Below, one piece after another: positions 29,823 to 38,908 of a stretch of DNA of 64,000 nucleotides. The translations under genes were made by a program, and so were the position numbers. Each line of letters starts with the position of its first letter. The stretch's first letter is position 1. Below the pieces are notes generated by a model. It had not been told where the DNA came from. It saw nothing but the letters and a program-made list of their open reading frames with translations, and searched no databases. Source of the stretch: an uncultured Verrucomicrobiae bacterium (GTDB taxonomy: Bacteria > Chlamydiota > Chlamydiia > Chlamydiales > Rhabdochlamydiaceae); NCBI GenBank assembly GCA_963806855.1, contig CAWDYW010000001.1, forward strand, positions 544,001 through 608,000, given 5' to 3'.

Positions 29823-32257
29823 AGACGATCTGGGATATTTTACAAATTGATCCGACAACCGATTCCAAAGCGATCCGAGGGGCTTACGCGCGCCTGCTTA
29901 AAGAAACGTCACCTGAGGTCAATCCAGAAGGGTTCCAGGAGCTAAGAGCAGCCTATGAAAGCGCTTTAAAATCTGCGCCCATTTCGAATTCAACTCCCTT
30001 TCAAAGCCAGAAAAAACAGCCCCCAATTCCCAAAGCGCCTCATCTTGTAGAAGTTCCATCGGAACCTGAAGTCATTTTCTCCATCCCGAAAGCCCCTCCC
30101 ATCAACATCCCACCGCAGCCGCCTGCAAAATCTGAAACTGAATTGCAGGTTGATCAAATGATCAGAGAGTTGCAGCGAATTCGGGATCCCTTCTCAAAAG
30201 CCTCGCAATTAAGAAAGTGGAAAGAGGAAGGGATTTTTAGCCATTTGGGGATTTCCCAACTTTTTCAGCAGGAATTGCTAGATCTGTTTGCCCCAAAGGT
30301 AAAAAAGAGCCTGTTTTTGACCGGCTATACCCTTTTTGACTGGGATCTGCTCCGCCAGAAGCCCAGCCATCCTCTTGCTCAAAAATTAGAAAGAATCATC
30401 CAAAAAGGGGATTTCTTTGATTCCTTGAGTCTTCTTGAAAAGGTGAAGGATTGTCCTTTTTTATACGCTGCAGTTGCCGAAGATATTCCCCTTGCAAAAC
30501 AACTTTTAAGGGAAAACCCTTCGATTCTTTATCAAACCGATGCCAATGGCAATAGCGCCATCCACCTAGCCTGTTTTGTACACTCAACCCAATTCGTCAA
30601 ATTTCTAATAGCTGAGAATGTCGACTTGGAGACGAAAGGCGTTGGGGGACAAACAGCCTTGAGTATTGCTGTCTCGCGCGAGAATCTCGAGCTGGTCCAG
30701 CTCCTCTGCGAGGCTGGGGCTAACTTGAACCATTTAGATGATGACAAACAGAGCCCCATTTTCTTTGCCACATTCCTCGCCAATGATGACCTCGTGCGCT
30801 ATTTGGTAGATCAGCCCGATCTTGAGCGGGACCCAGAGGCTCTCTATATCGCTGTCGTCAAGCAAAAGTTCGAATTCGTTCAACTTCTTGTCGAGTACGG
30901 CTGGGATGTTTCTCCTAAGAACCTCCGTCAAGGCCCCCCCTGTTTGATCACAGCGGCGCGGCTAAATAATTTGAATATTGTCAACTACCTCCTTGCCAAA
31001 GGGGCAGATCCCGATCAAACAGATCAAGTTGGGAATACCGCTCTTACGATGGCAGCTGAGAGGGGATTCAGTCAGATTGTCAAGCGGCTACTCGATTACA
31101 CAACCGATCAGAATGCCATTTTACTCGCTGCCCATGGAGCGATCAAATATAGCCATTTTGAGATCGTCCAACTTCTTTTGACTGCATCTCAAAATAGCCC
31201 GCATTTTACCCACATTAAATATGAGATGTATCGTTATGGGTTTACCTCTTATTACGATGATGTCATCCTATATATTCACAACCCGGATGATCCGCCTCTG
31301 ATCCAAGCTGTTTATAGAGGTGATTTAAAAGAAGTTAAACGGCTGCTCAAAGAGGGCGCCGACCTGAACCAACTAAGTCAGCAGGGATTGGCTCCCTTGC
31401 ATGTCGCCATTCAGCTGCATCATCAGGCGATCTTCGACACCTTAATTCAGTCCCATGCCGATATTAATCTAGTGGCAAAGACCTCCTACCTCGCGCCCCT
31501 ATTTATCGCAGTGAAAGTTCAGAATCGACACGCCTACCGCAAACTCATGGAACTTGGCGCCCTCGACTTGCCCACCGGTTCCCATCACACAGCGCTCTTT
31601 GCAGCCGTCTATAACAATGACATAAAGGCAGTGCAAGAGCTCCTTGAGCGCGGTTCCAATCCCTATCAATACGCCTCAAATCTCTATCGGACATTAGTCT
31701 ATGCCGCAGCCCGCTATCGACATATTGAGATGTTAAAATTCTTAATTAGCTATGGCCTCCACCCGGATGATATAGGAGGAGATCCAGGCGAGCTTTACCT
31801 ACTTCGGTATCAAGAACAACCGGAAGTTCCGGGTACAGCCCTGAGTGTTGCAGTGAATAATTGTGACCAAGAGATGATTGAAATCCTCCTAGAAGCTGGT
31901 GCAGATCCTAATCGCAAATCCTTCGGAGTCCCTCCTCTGCATAGGACCATGTCAAATTCCTATTTCCCTCCCAGTGAAACGACCGATTACTATGAGATCA
32001 TAGAAAATTCTCATGCGATCATCGACCTCCTCCTAGAGCGTGGGGCCGATATCAATTTAAAATCAGACGATGGGTATACTTTCCTCATTAAAGCGATCCG
32101 TTCAGGTCCAATTGAGACGGTCATCCATCTGATTGAATCTGGAGCAGATCTTTACCTGAGAGATAATCAAGGGAATTTGCCAATCGCCCACGCAAAAGCG
32201 TGTGGTTTCATTAAGCCTTATTTGGAGCAGGCGATGCACTTGCCGGTTAGGAAATAG
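29819..32257 (+). CDS. J-domain (DjlB/DjlC-type) + ankyrin repeat protein
   Basis: WDILQIDPTTD..AIRGAYARLLKETSPEVNPEGFQELRAAYE J-like domain, Pro-rich linker, many ankyrin repeats. Confidence 0.85.
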   Translation: MKTIWDILQIDPTTDSKAIRGAYARLLKETSPEVNPEGFQELRAAYESALKSAPISNSTPFQSQKKQPPIPKAPHLVEVPSEPEVIFSIPKAPPINIPPQPPAKSETELQVDQMIRELQRIRDPFSKASQLRKWKEEGIFSHLGISQLFQQELLDLFAPKVKKSLFLTGYTLFDWDLLRQKPSHPLAQKLERIIQKGDFFDSLSLLEKVKDCPFLYAAVAEDIPLAKQLLRENPSILYQTDANGNSAIHLACFVHSTQFVKFLIAENVDLETKGVGGQTALSIAVSRENLELVQLLCEAGANLNHLDDDKQSPIFFATFLANDDLVRYLVDQPDLERDPEALYIAVVKQKFEFVQLLVEYGWDVSPKNLRQGPPCLITAARLNNLNIVNYLLAKGADPDQTDQVGNTALTMAAERGFSQIVKRLLDYTTDQNAILLAAHGAIKYSHFEIVQLLLTASQNSPHFTHIKYEMYRYGFTSYYDDVILYIHNPDDPPLIQAVYRGDLKEVKRLLKEGADLNQLSQQGLAPLHVAIQLHHQAIFDTLIQSHADINLVAKTSYLAPLFIAVKVQNRHAYRKLMELGALDLPTGSHHTALFAAVYNNDIKAVQELLERGSNPYQYASNLYRTLVYAAARYRHIEMLKFLISYGLHPDDIGGDPGELYLLRYQEQPEVPGTALSVAVNNCDQEMIEILLEAGADPNRKSFGVPPLHRTMSNSYFPPSETTDYYEIIENSHAIIDLLLERGADINLKSDDGYTFLIKAIRSGPIETVIHLIESGADLYLRDNQGNLPIAHAKACGFIKPYLEQAMHLPVRK
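32212..32241 (+). repeat. 30 bp direct repeat, copy 1 (copy 2 at 32847-32876)
   Basis: taagccttatttggagcaggcgatgcactt vs taagccttttttggagcaggcaatgaattt, 26/30 identical. Confidence 0.75.
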
Positions 32258-32258
32258 C

Positions 32259-32849
32259 ATGTGGGTCATTACTGAAAGATCGAACGAAAATCCTCAAAAT
32301 TGTTGGATTTCGGCCATTTTTAAGAATCAAAGTGATGTGGAAGATTATTCTCATAACTTGCAATCCGTTGTCTCTCAAGAAATACGAGAAATCCCTGCCA
32401 AAGACTATCCTATTATAATTGTTGAGGACCTAATTAATTCTGATTATTTTTATATAACACCCGGAGAACTGGCTGAAAAAATATTTAGTTTTGAAAGAAA
32501 AGATGACGATCATCAATACTGCATCTATTTTATTTTTCGGGAGGATTATCGAAATACCGATGAACTAGGTTTAATTCAACATAAGCATGTTGATAATGAT
32601 CACATAAAGGGTTTAATTTGGAGAGCTTTGGAAGACGAAGTTAGAGGGCAATTAAACGGTATTTTCCAATGTGATAATTGCCGTGAATGTGCCCCTGGTA
32701 TTTTGACTGAAAGAGGCTATGAGCCCCCACCGGGATGGCGAATCATACCCAGTTCCACTTGGGATTCTTATTTTTCAGAAGCGCAGATGCCGGAAAAATT
32801 CATTGGCGCTTATCTAACGGTATGTTCAGAAGCTTGTATAACACCATAA
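32259..32849 (+). CDS. Hypothetical protein with C-terminal Cys cluster
   Basis: ATG 1 bp after upstream stop; CDNC...CSEAC putative Zn ligands; AT-rich. Confidence 0.6.
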   Translation: MWVITERSNENPQNCWISAIFKNQSDVEDYSHNLQSVVSQEIREIPAKDYPIIIVEDLINSDYFYITPGELAEKIFSFERKDDDHQYCIYFIFREDYRNTDELGLIQHKHVDNDHIKGLIWRALEDEVRGQLNGIFQCDNCRECAPGILTERGYEPPPGWRIIPSSTWDSYFSEAQMPEKFIGAYLTVCSEACITP

Positions 32850-32891
32850 GCCTTTTTTGGAGCAGGCAATGAATTTAACAGAGATTTCTAC

Positions 32892-33521
32892 ATGATCAAT
32901 GAGAGACAGTTTTTTATGTTATCCGCTAGGTCTGTAGAGATTAATGGTGGACCATCTTGTGGAACTAAATACTCACTTGAGAAAGCCTGCAAGTTTTGTG
33001 GCTCTGGCGCAAGCCCTATCGGAAATAGAATTGTCGAGGGGATACCTCCCAAATCTGGGAGAATTTTTTTTACAGATGATCATGAACTAATAGTGGATGA
33101 CAGATTGGGCTATGCCTTACAGGATATCGGAATACACACTCTAGTTCAAGTTGTCGATATGCAATCAAACGTTCTGCCATTTAAAGAATTGCGTCCAGAG
33201 GCAACTTTGCCTCCATTTTCAAAATTAACCAAGGGATATGAATTAGAAGATCAATGCAAGCACTGCATGAGGGATGGATTTTTTAATATTCCTAGAGTGG
33301 AGCTTAAGCTTGTATACGAAAACATAGACCCATCTTTTTTTAAGTACAATGTCTTAACCACCAATGAGCTTTTTGGAACCTCTTGTATAAGAGAGCCTTT
33401 TTCGGAAAGTATATTTGCCAAGCCAATATTAATTGTTAGCGATAAAGTTGTTGAGCTTCTAAAGTCAGAGACAATAAGAACAGATTCATTTGATCCAATT
33501 AAAATATTAACCAATGTGTAA
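32892..33521 (+). CDS. Double-CxxC(G) protein, immunity-protein-like
   Basis: CKFCG and CKHCM motifs, each followed by an ELIVDDRL / LIVSDKV half-repeat. Confidence 0.55.
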   Translation: MINERQFFMLSARSVEINGGPSCGTKYSLEKACKFCGSGASPIGNRIVEGIPPKSGRIFFTDDHELIVDDRLGYALQDIGIHTLVQVVDMQSNVLPFKELRPEATLPPFSKLTKGYELEDQCKHCMRDGFFNIPRVELKLVYENIDPSFFKYNVLTTNELFGTSCIREPFSESIFAKPILIVSDKVVELLKSETIRTDSFDPIKILTNV

Positions 33522-33522
33522 T

Positions 33523-34278
33523 ATGCAAAGCATTATTCAAGAAAAAATCAATGAACTAGAACAGGCTCATGCAATCCGCATCTTATTCGCATGCGAATCG
33601 GGGAGCAGGGCTTGGGGCTTCCCTTCGCCAGATAGCGATTACGATGTAAGGTTTATCTACGTCCACCAAAAAGAGTGGTACATCTCTGTTCATGAAAAAA
33701 GGGATGTGGTTGAGCTGATGGTCAACAAAGAGTTAGATATTAATGGCTGGGATCTAAGAAAGGCCCTTAGACTGCTTAGCAAGCACAATGCTGTTCTTTT
33801 AGAATGGGCTCAGTCTCCTATTGTCTACCGAGAGACGACAGGGTTTTTAAAAGGCTTTAACGAAATTGCCCCCACTTGTTTTTCTCCGATTAGCGTCCTC
33901 CATCATTATTTGAGCAGCGCCAAGAAACACTATGATGAGTGTTACAACGCAGACACAATCAAGCTGAAGAAATTTTTCTATTGTCTCCGCACCACATTGG
34001 CTGGGATGTGGATCGTAGCCCACAAGACGATCCCGCCTATTGAGTTGAGTAAGCTTCTCCCTGTCATGGGTGAAAAACAAGAGCTGGTTAACAAAATTCA
34101 AGCCCTCGTTAAGCTGAAAGCTACTAAGGATGAATCCTATGTCCATCCCCGCGATGCCGAACTTGAAGAGTTCCTCAAAGAGGGGATTGCCCTGTGTGAA
34201 AAGGCTGCCCCTTCGCTCCCTTCGTCTTCTCCGGATGGCGAAGCCCTTAATGCTTTCCTCAGAAAAATGATCTGGTAA
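33523..34278 (+). CDS. RlaP-family (Pol-beta superfamily) nucleotidyltransferase 1
   Basis: ACESGSRAWGFPSPDSDYDVRFIY, DINGWDLRKAL, LEWAQSPIVY, KLKKFFY; alternative ATG at 33514. Confidence 0.85.
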   Translation: MQSIIQEKINELEQAHAIRILFACESGSRAWGFPSPDSDYDVRFIYVHQKEWYISVHEKRDVVELMVNKELDINGWDLRKALRLLSKHNAVLLEWAQSPIVYRETTGFLKGFNEIAPTCFSPISVLHHYLSSAKKHYDECYNADTIKLKKFFYCLRTTLAGMWIVAHKTIPPIELSKLLPVMGEKQELVNKIQALVKLKATKDESYVHPRDAELEEFLKEGIALCEKAAPSLPSSSPDGEALNAFLRKMIW

Positions 34279-34336
34279 AAAAATAAAAATTGTGAGATTC
34301 TATCCTAAAAGTTAAAAAATCGGTATAGAGGAGTAA

Positions 34337-35398
34337 TTGATCGTGAGTGAAATATTCAAATTAATAGAAAATAAAAGCCTGACAAGCGATAGGCTCGCTA
34401 ATCTAATAGAAGAAGGTGAAGATATTAACACCACAAATGAGGAAGGATTCTCGCCCCTCATATTGGCTTGTAGAGCTGGGGATATCGATCTCGCCCGCAT
34501 CTTGCTCAATAATCTTGCTGATGTTGATAATCGCAATCAAAATGATGAAGAGGATGTTTATAGAGAACGGCCATTAACAATAGCTATTGAGATGGGCAAT
34601 ATCGAAATGGTGAAGCTTCTGATAGAGTATGGTGCCGATTTATATCTTATGAATGAAGATGAATGCACCCCACTCATGCTAGCCTATCGCGCACATGACA
34701 TACAATTGCTCTCCCTATTATTGAAATATAAAGCCAAGTTTAATGCAAACTGCAGAGAATGTATTAAAAAATATCCCGATCGTTATGAAGATCATTATAA
34801 AAATTGGTTTTTATCTGAGGAAGAATTCTTAGATAATCACACAGCGGCTGATATTTGTTCTATTATCAAAAAAAATCGGCTTTTGGATGAAGAACTCAAA
34901 AGTCATCAAAGAGTATTGACATTATTAGATTCAGTAAAATTCATTGATTTTGCAGTAGATTTATCAGGGGGTAATGCTGAAGACAAAATTGAGATCATGA
35001 CTCTCGAGATAGGAGATAGAGAAAAAATCAGACTTGATTATCTCTATATGTACAACTGGAGTTATGGTGAGACTCACTTAATACTGAAATCAACCGACAT
35101 GAATGGAGAGTTGGATCTATTTAAGGCTAATGAAGATTATCAAGAGATTTCATTACAAAGCCTGAAGCACTTATGCGACTTAGCTAATGCTCTTGAGTTA
35201 AATGACCTCACATTCAAAGCCTTTATAAAATTTATTATCTTAATAGTCAGTCGTATGGTTCAAAAGGAGTATCTACCATTGGAGGAACACGGCCTATACA
35301 TTCGCATAAATCCAGATGAAGCAATAGAGCCTGATGAACAACTGTCAGCTCATTTTTCTCATACACCGATTTGTGAACTGCATTTCGATGGACATTAA
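34337..35398 (+). CDS. Ankyrin repeat protein with unknown C-terminal domain
   Basis: GFSPLILAC, PLTIAIEMG, CTPLMLAY; AT-rich. Confidence 0.75.
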   Translation: MIVSEIFKLIENKSLTSDRLANLIEEGEDINTTNEEGFSPLILACRAGDIDLARILLNNLADVDNRNQNDEEDVYRERPLTIAIEMGNIEMVKLLIEYGADLYLMNEDECTPLMLAYRAHDIQLLSLLLKYKAKFNANCRECIKKYPDRYEDHYKNWFLSEEEFLDNHTAADICSIIKKNRLLDEELKSHQRVLTLLDSVKFIDFAVDLSGGNAEDKIEIMTLEIGDREKIRLDYLYMYNWSYGETHLILKSTDMNGELDLFKANEDYQEISLQSLKHLCDLANALELNDLTFKAFIKFIILIVSRMVQKEYLPLEEHGLYIRINPDEAIEPDEQLSAHFSHTPICELHFDGH

Positions 35399-36446
35399 GG
35401 AACTCAAAGAGAGCAATTGCATCATTTTTGAATGCATAGGGGGCAGCAGAGCCTATGGTTTGGTCACAGAAACATCTGATGTGGACATAAGGGGTGTTTA
35501 CATTCTGCCAATGGATCAATTCTATTCCTTTGAATACCAGGACCAGATTAGTGATGAGCGGAATAATGTGATCTATTATGAGCTTAGGAAGTTTCTGGAT
35601 TTGCTGACAAAGAATAATCCCAACATGCTCGAGATGCTCAATATCCCTGCCGATTGCATTCTCCATAGAGATCCTCTATTCGATAGAATAAAGGCCGAAG
35701 ATTTTGTTTCTCAGCTTTGCAAAGATACCTTTGCTGGGTATGCCATGGCCCAGATCAAAAAAGCGCGCGGGCTAAATAAGAAGATATTGAATCCCATGGA
35801 CAAGAAACGGAAATCCATCCTTGATTTCTGTTACGTGCTCCATGAGCAAAGCTCTATTCCGCTGCTCGACTTCTTAAAACATGAAAAGCTCTCCCCAGAG
35901 AAGCTGGGTCTCGTGGTGATTCCCCATATGAGGGACATGTACAAGGTCTTTTATAGCGATGCAGGAATCTACAACGGCATCGTTAAGAATGAGAGCTCCC
36001 TGGAAGTGACTTTAAGTTCAGTGTCAAAGGGAGAAAAGGCGATTGCGACCCTATCATTTAATAAGGATGGCTATACCCAATACTGCAAGGACTACAAAGA
36101 GTACTGGCATTGGGTTGAAAATCGCAATGAGCATCGGTTTCAGAGCACTGCCGAACATGGGAAAAATTACGATGCTAAGAACATGATGCATGTCTTTCGC
36201 CTTTTAGCGATGGCCGAAGAGATCGGTCGTACAGGTAACATTCTCGTTAGGCAGCCCGATTGCAAGCAACTTTTAAGGATAAGAAATGGTGACTTCCTTT
36301 ATGAGGAACTACTAGAAAAAGCCAATGAAAAGCTGAAGGAAATCGAAGGGATTTTTCTTGACTCTCCACTACCTGAAAAGCCAGACCTATTTTTTATCAA
36401 TGGATTGCTGGTTGAAATGCGAAAAGCCTTTTATAACAAGTTCTGA
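35388..36446 (+). CDS. RlaP-family nucleotidyltransferase 2
   Basis: GGSRAYGL..TSDVDIRGVY, YELRKF..L..NNPNMLEML, KNYDAKNMMH..RLL, LLRIRNG. Confidence 0.88.
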   Translation: MDIKELKESNCIIFECIGGSRAYGLVTETSDVDIRGVYILPMDQFYSFEYQDQISDERNNVIYYELRKFLDLLTKNNPNMLEMLNIPADCILHRDPLFDRIKAEDFVSQLCKDTFAGYAMAQIKKARGLNKKILNPMDKKRKSILDFCYVLHEQSSIPLLDFLKHEKLSPEKLGLVVIPHMRDMYKVFYSDAGIYNGIVKNESSLEVTLSSVSKGEKAIATLSFNKDGYTQYCKDYKEYWHWVENRNEHRFQSTAEHGKNYDAKNMMHVFRLLAMAEEIGRTGNILVRQPDCKQLLRIRNGDFLYEELLEKANEKLKEIEGIFLDSPLPEKPDLFFINGLLVEMRKAFYNKF

Positions 36447-36581
36447 AGAGGTTCTCTGATCTACGCGACTGGCAACAATATACCCCCCTAAGCCTGCTGA
36501 AGAGTCGAGATAAAAAAGCTTCTTTTCCCCAGAGTCAATGTGTTCTAAATATTCTTTAGGAACATTAAAAATCGGTTTTAT
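36346..36581 (+). repeat. About 236 bp direct repeat, copy 1 (copy 2 at 40939-41174)
   Basis: Colinear imperfect match covering the RlaP2 3' end and the 3' half of the convergent gene. Confidence 0.9.
36387..36581 (-). pseudogene. Truncated 3' copy of the 40980-41387 gene
   Basis: Encodes ...FYLDSSAGLGGYIVAS... with no 5' half. Confidence 0.75.
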
Positions 36582-36714
36582 TCGACCTTCTCTACTCCAT
36601 CAAGATCCATAAGTATACCCAAACAACTTGAAAAATTGGGAATTTTCTCTAGAAGTAAAATATTGAATTGCCTATCTTATGAAGGAAGTATGGCCCCTTT
36701 AAGGAGAATGGATT

Positions 36715-37992
36715 GTGAAAAAACAGCATAGCATTCGTAAGTTCTGCGCAGATCTGCTGCGAGTCGTCTTGTGTGGCGCTTGCCCCTTATTTCTTTTGCT
36801 ACTAATAGCTCCCACCTCATCCTTCGCTGCGACCAATGCCTATGTGGCGAATGGTGGCAGCGACAACGTCTCGGTGATCGATACGTCCACCAACACAGTC
36901 ACCGCCACAATCACGGTAGGCATTGAGCCCCAAGGAGTTGCAGTTAGCCCGGATGGCACGACAGCCTATGTGACGAATCATATCAGCGGCACCGTCTCAG
37001 TGATCGATGCGGCCACCGACACAGTCACCGCCACAATCACGGTAGGCGCTGACCCCAATGGAGTTGCAGTTAGCCCGGATGGCGCGACAGCCTATGTGGC
37101 GAATGGTGGCAGCGACAACGTTTCAGTGATCGATACGACCACCAACACAGTCACCGCCACAATCACGGTAGGCACTGCCCCCATAGGAGTTGCAATTACC
37201 CCGGATGGCACGAAAGCCTATGTGGCGAATAATGGCAGCAACGTCTCAGTGATCGATACGGCCACCAATACGGTCACCGACACAATCACGATAATCAGTA
37301 ATCTCTCTGCGATTGCAGTTAGCCCGAATGGCATGACAGCCTATGTGGTGAATGAAAGCAGCGACGCCGTCACAGTGATCGATACGGCCACGAACACAGT
37401 CACCGCCACAATCCCGGTAGGCACTGCCCCCGTAGGAGTTGCATTTAGCCCGGATGGCACGACAGCCTATGTGACGAATGCTGGCAGTTTCAACGTCTCA
37501 GTGATCAATACGGCCACCAACACAGTCACCGCCACAATCACGGTAGGCACTCAACCCATAGGAGTTGCAGTTAGCCCGGATGGCACGACAGCCTATGTGA
37601 CGAATGAAACCAGCGGCATCGTCTCAGTGATCAATACGGCCACCAACACAGTCACCGCCGAAATCACGGTAGGCCTTGATCCCTTTGGGATTGCGATTGC
37701 GCCGCCGGTACTCCCACCAGGAAATCTCCAAGTAGTGCAAAAGCGCAACGACGTGATTTGGGAATACGAACTGTTTAATATTTTGAGATGGAATGCGAGC
37801 CCATCCCCAGTAGCCAGCTACATAGTTTTTGCAAATGGAGCACAAATTGCGACAGTGACCGCCGTCCCCAACCGAACTAGTTATAGGGTTGAGGTTAACA
37901 ATGTACCGAAAGGCCAGACTATCTATACTGTCGTTGCTGTTAACTCGATGGGCAATCAAAGCGTACCCATTAGCATAACCATAACCAATTAA
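36715..37992 (+). CDS. Secreted 7-bladed YVTN beta-propeller + C-terminal FN3-like domain, copy 1
   Basis: Long signal peptide, seven about 42-aa AYVxN...[26 protein letters not shown] blades, PPGNL...W...Y...YTVVAVN...S.P FN3-like tail. Confidence 0.9.
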   Translation: MKKQHSIRKFCADLLRVVLCGACPLFLLLLIAPTSSFAATNAYVANGGSDNVSVIDTSTNTVTATITVGIEPQGVAVSPDGTTAYVTNHISGTVSVIDAATDTVTATITVGADPNGVAVSPDGATAYVANGGSDNVSVIDTTTNTVTATITVGTAPIGVAITPDGTKAYVANNGSNVSVIDTATNTVTDTITIISNLSAIAVSPNGMTAYVVNESSDAVTVIDTATNTVTATIPVGTAPVGVAFSPDGTTAYVTNAGSFNVSVINTATNTVTATITVGTQPIGVAVSPDGTTAYVTNETSGIVSVINTATNTVTAEITVGLDPFGIAIAPPVLPPGNLQVVQKRNDVIWEYELFNILRWNASPSPVASYIVFANGAQIATVTAVPNRTSYRVEVNNVPKGQTIYTVVAVNSMGNQSVPISITITN

Positions 37993-38005
37993 ATGAGGAT
38001 GACCC

Positions 38006-38734
38006 ATGATTTTTAAGAAAAAGCGCACTGCATTTAATACCTTGCTCGGCCTGATGTTAACAACTTGTATGGCGGAAGGGATATGCGATGATCGTTCTGA
38101 ATACCAAGACGGCAACAGCATGCAGCCTATCGATAATAGTTATGAGTACAAAGGCGACTGCTGCACACAGTCTATTGATAATTGTTGTGAGTACCAAGAC
38201 GATTGTTGCATACAGCCGATCGTTGAGGTAAAAGTGGGCTATTTCTTCTTTGCAAGCCATAGAATGCGCAAAGTCTATGATAAGGGAGGAATAGATGTGC
38301 AGCTCAGCGCAACCTATCCAATATGGAACTGGCTACAGCTGTACGGCAGCGTAGAATATCTACAAAAACATGGGAGGTCGCTGGGTGGCCACCAAAAGAC
38401 CCGGATATGGGCAGTGCCGCTGAGTTTGGGACTACAGCCCGTGATCACAATCTGCTCCTCAGTGAACTATTATTTTACCGTGGGACCGCGGTATATCTTT
38501 GTCCATGCACATAATGACTCATCATTTCTCGACAGAAACAAAAGTCGGAATGGATGTGGCGGGTTTATCAATACTGGCTTTCATTTTTTCCCCTGGTGCA
38601 ATCTGGTGATAGATGTATATGGCGAGTACTCGTACAAACGGATGCACTTTCACACTTCGAAAAGGAATGTATTTACAAGAGAAGTGCAAGTGGGTGGATT
38701 TGCATTTGGCGCAGGCCTCGGGTATGCCTTTTAA
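38006..38734 (+). CDS. Cys-rich small outer-membrane beta-barrel, copy 1
   Basis: Signal peptide, three 15-aa Cys/Asp repeats, about 8 amphipathic strands, GAGLGYAF C-terminal barrel signature. Confidence 0.8.
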   Translation: MIFKKKRTAFNTLLGLMLTTCMAEGICDDRSEYQDGNSMQPIDNSYEYKGDCCTQSIDNCCEYQDDCCIQPIVEVKVGYFFFASHRMRKVYDKGGIDVQLSATYPIWNWLQLYGSVEYLQKHGRSLGGHQKTRIWAVPLSLGLQPVITICSSVNYYFTVGPRYIFVHAHNDSSFLDRNKSRNGCGGFINTGFHFFPWCNLVIDVYGEYSYKRMHFHTSKRNVFTREVQVGGFAFGAGLGYAF

Positions 38735-38748
38735 AGGGCCACGATGAA

Positions 38749-38829
38749 GTGAGTAGACCGGAGGAATTTCACCTCTAGCCGCTCTCAGAACGGTGCGGGA
38801 ACCTCTCAGCTCACACCGCTCCCATCAAG
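38749..38829 (-). mobile_element. Group II intron 3' remnant (domains V-VI), no RT ORF
   Basis: Minus strand reads gggagcggtgtgagctgagaggttcccgcaccgttc-tgagagcggctagaggtgaaattcctccggtctactcac: domain V hairpin, domain VI and AC 3' end like class D/IIB introns. Confidence 0.85.
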
Positions 38830-38908
38830 TGTGAATTTTCTCTAGAAGTAAAATATTGACTTGTTTATAGTTATAAAGAAAAGTATGGCCCCTTAAGGAG
38901 GATGGATT

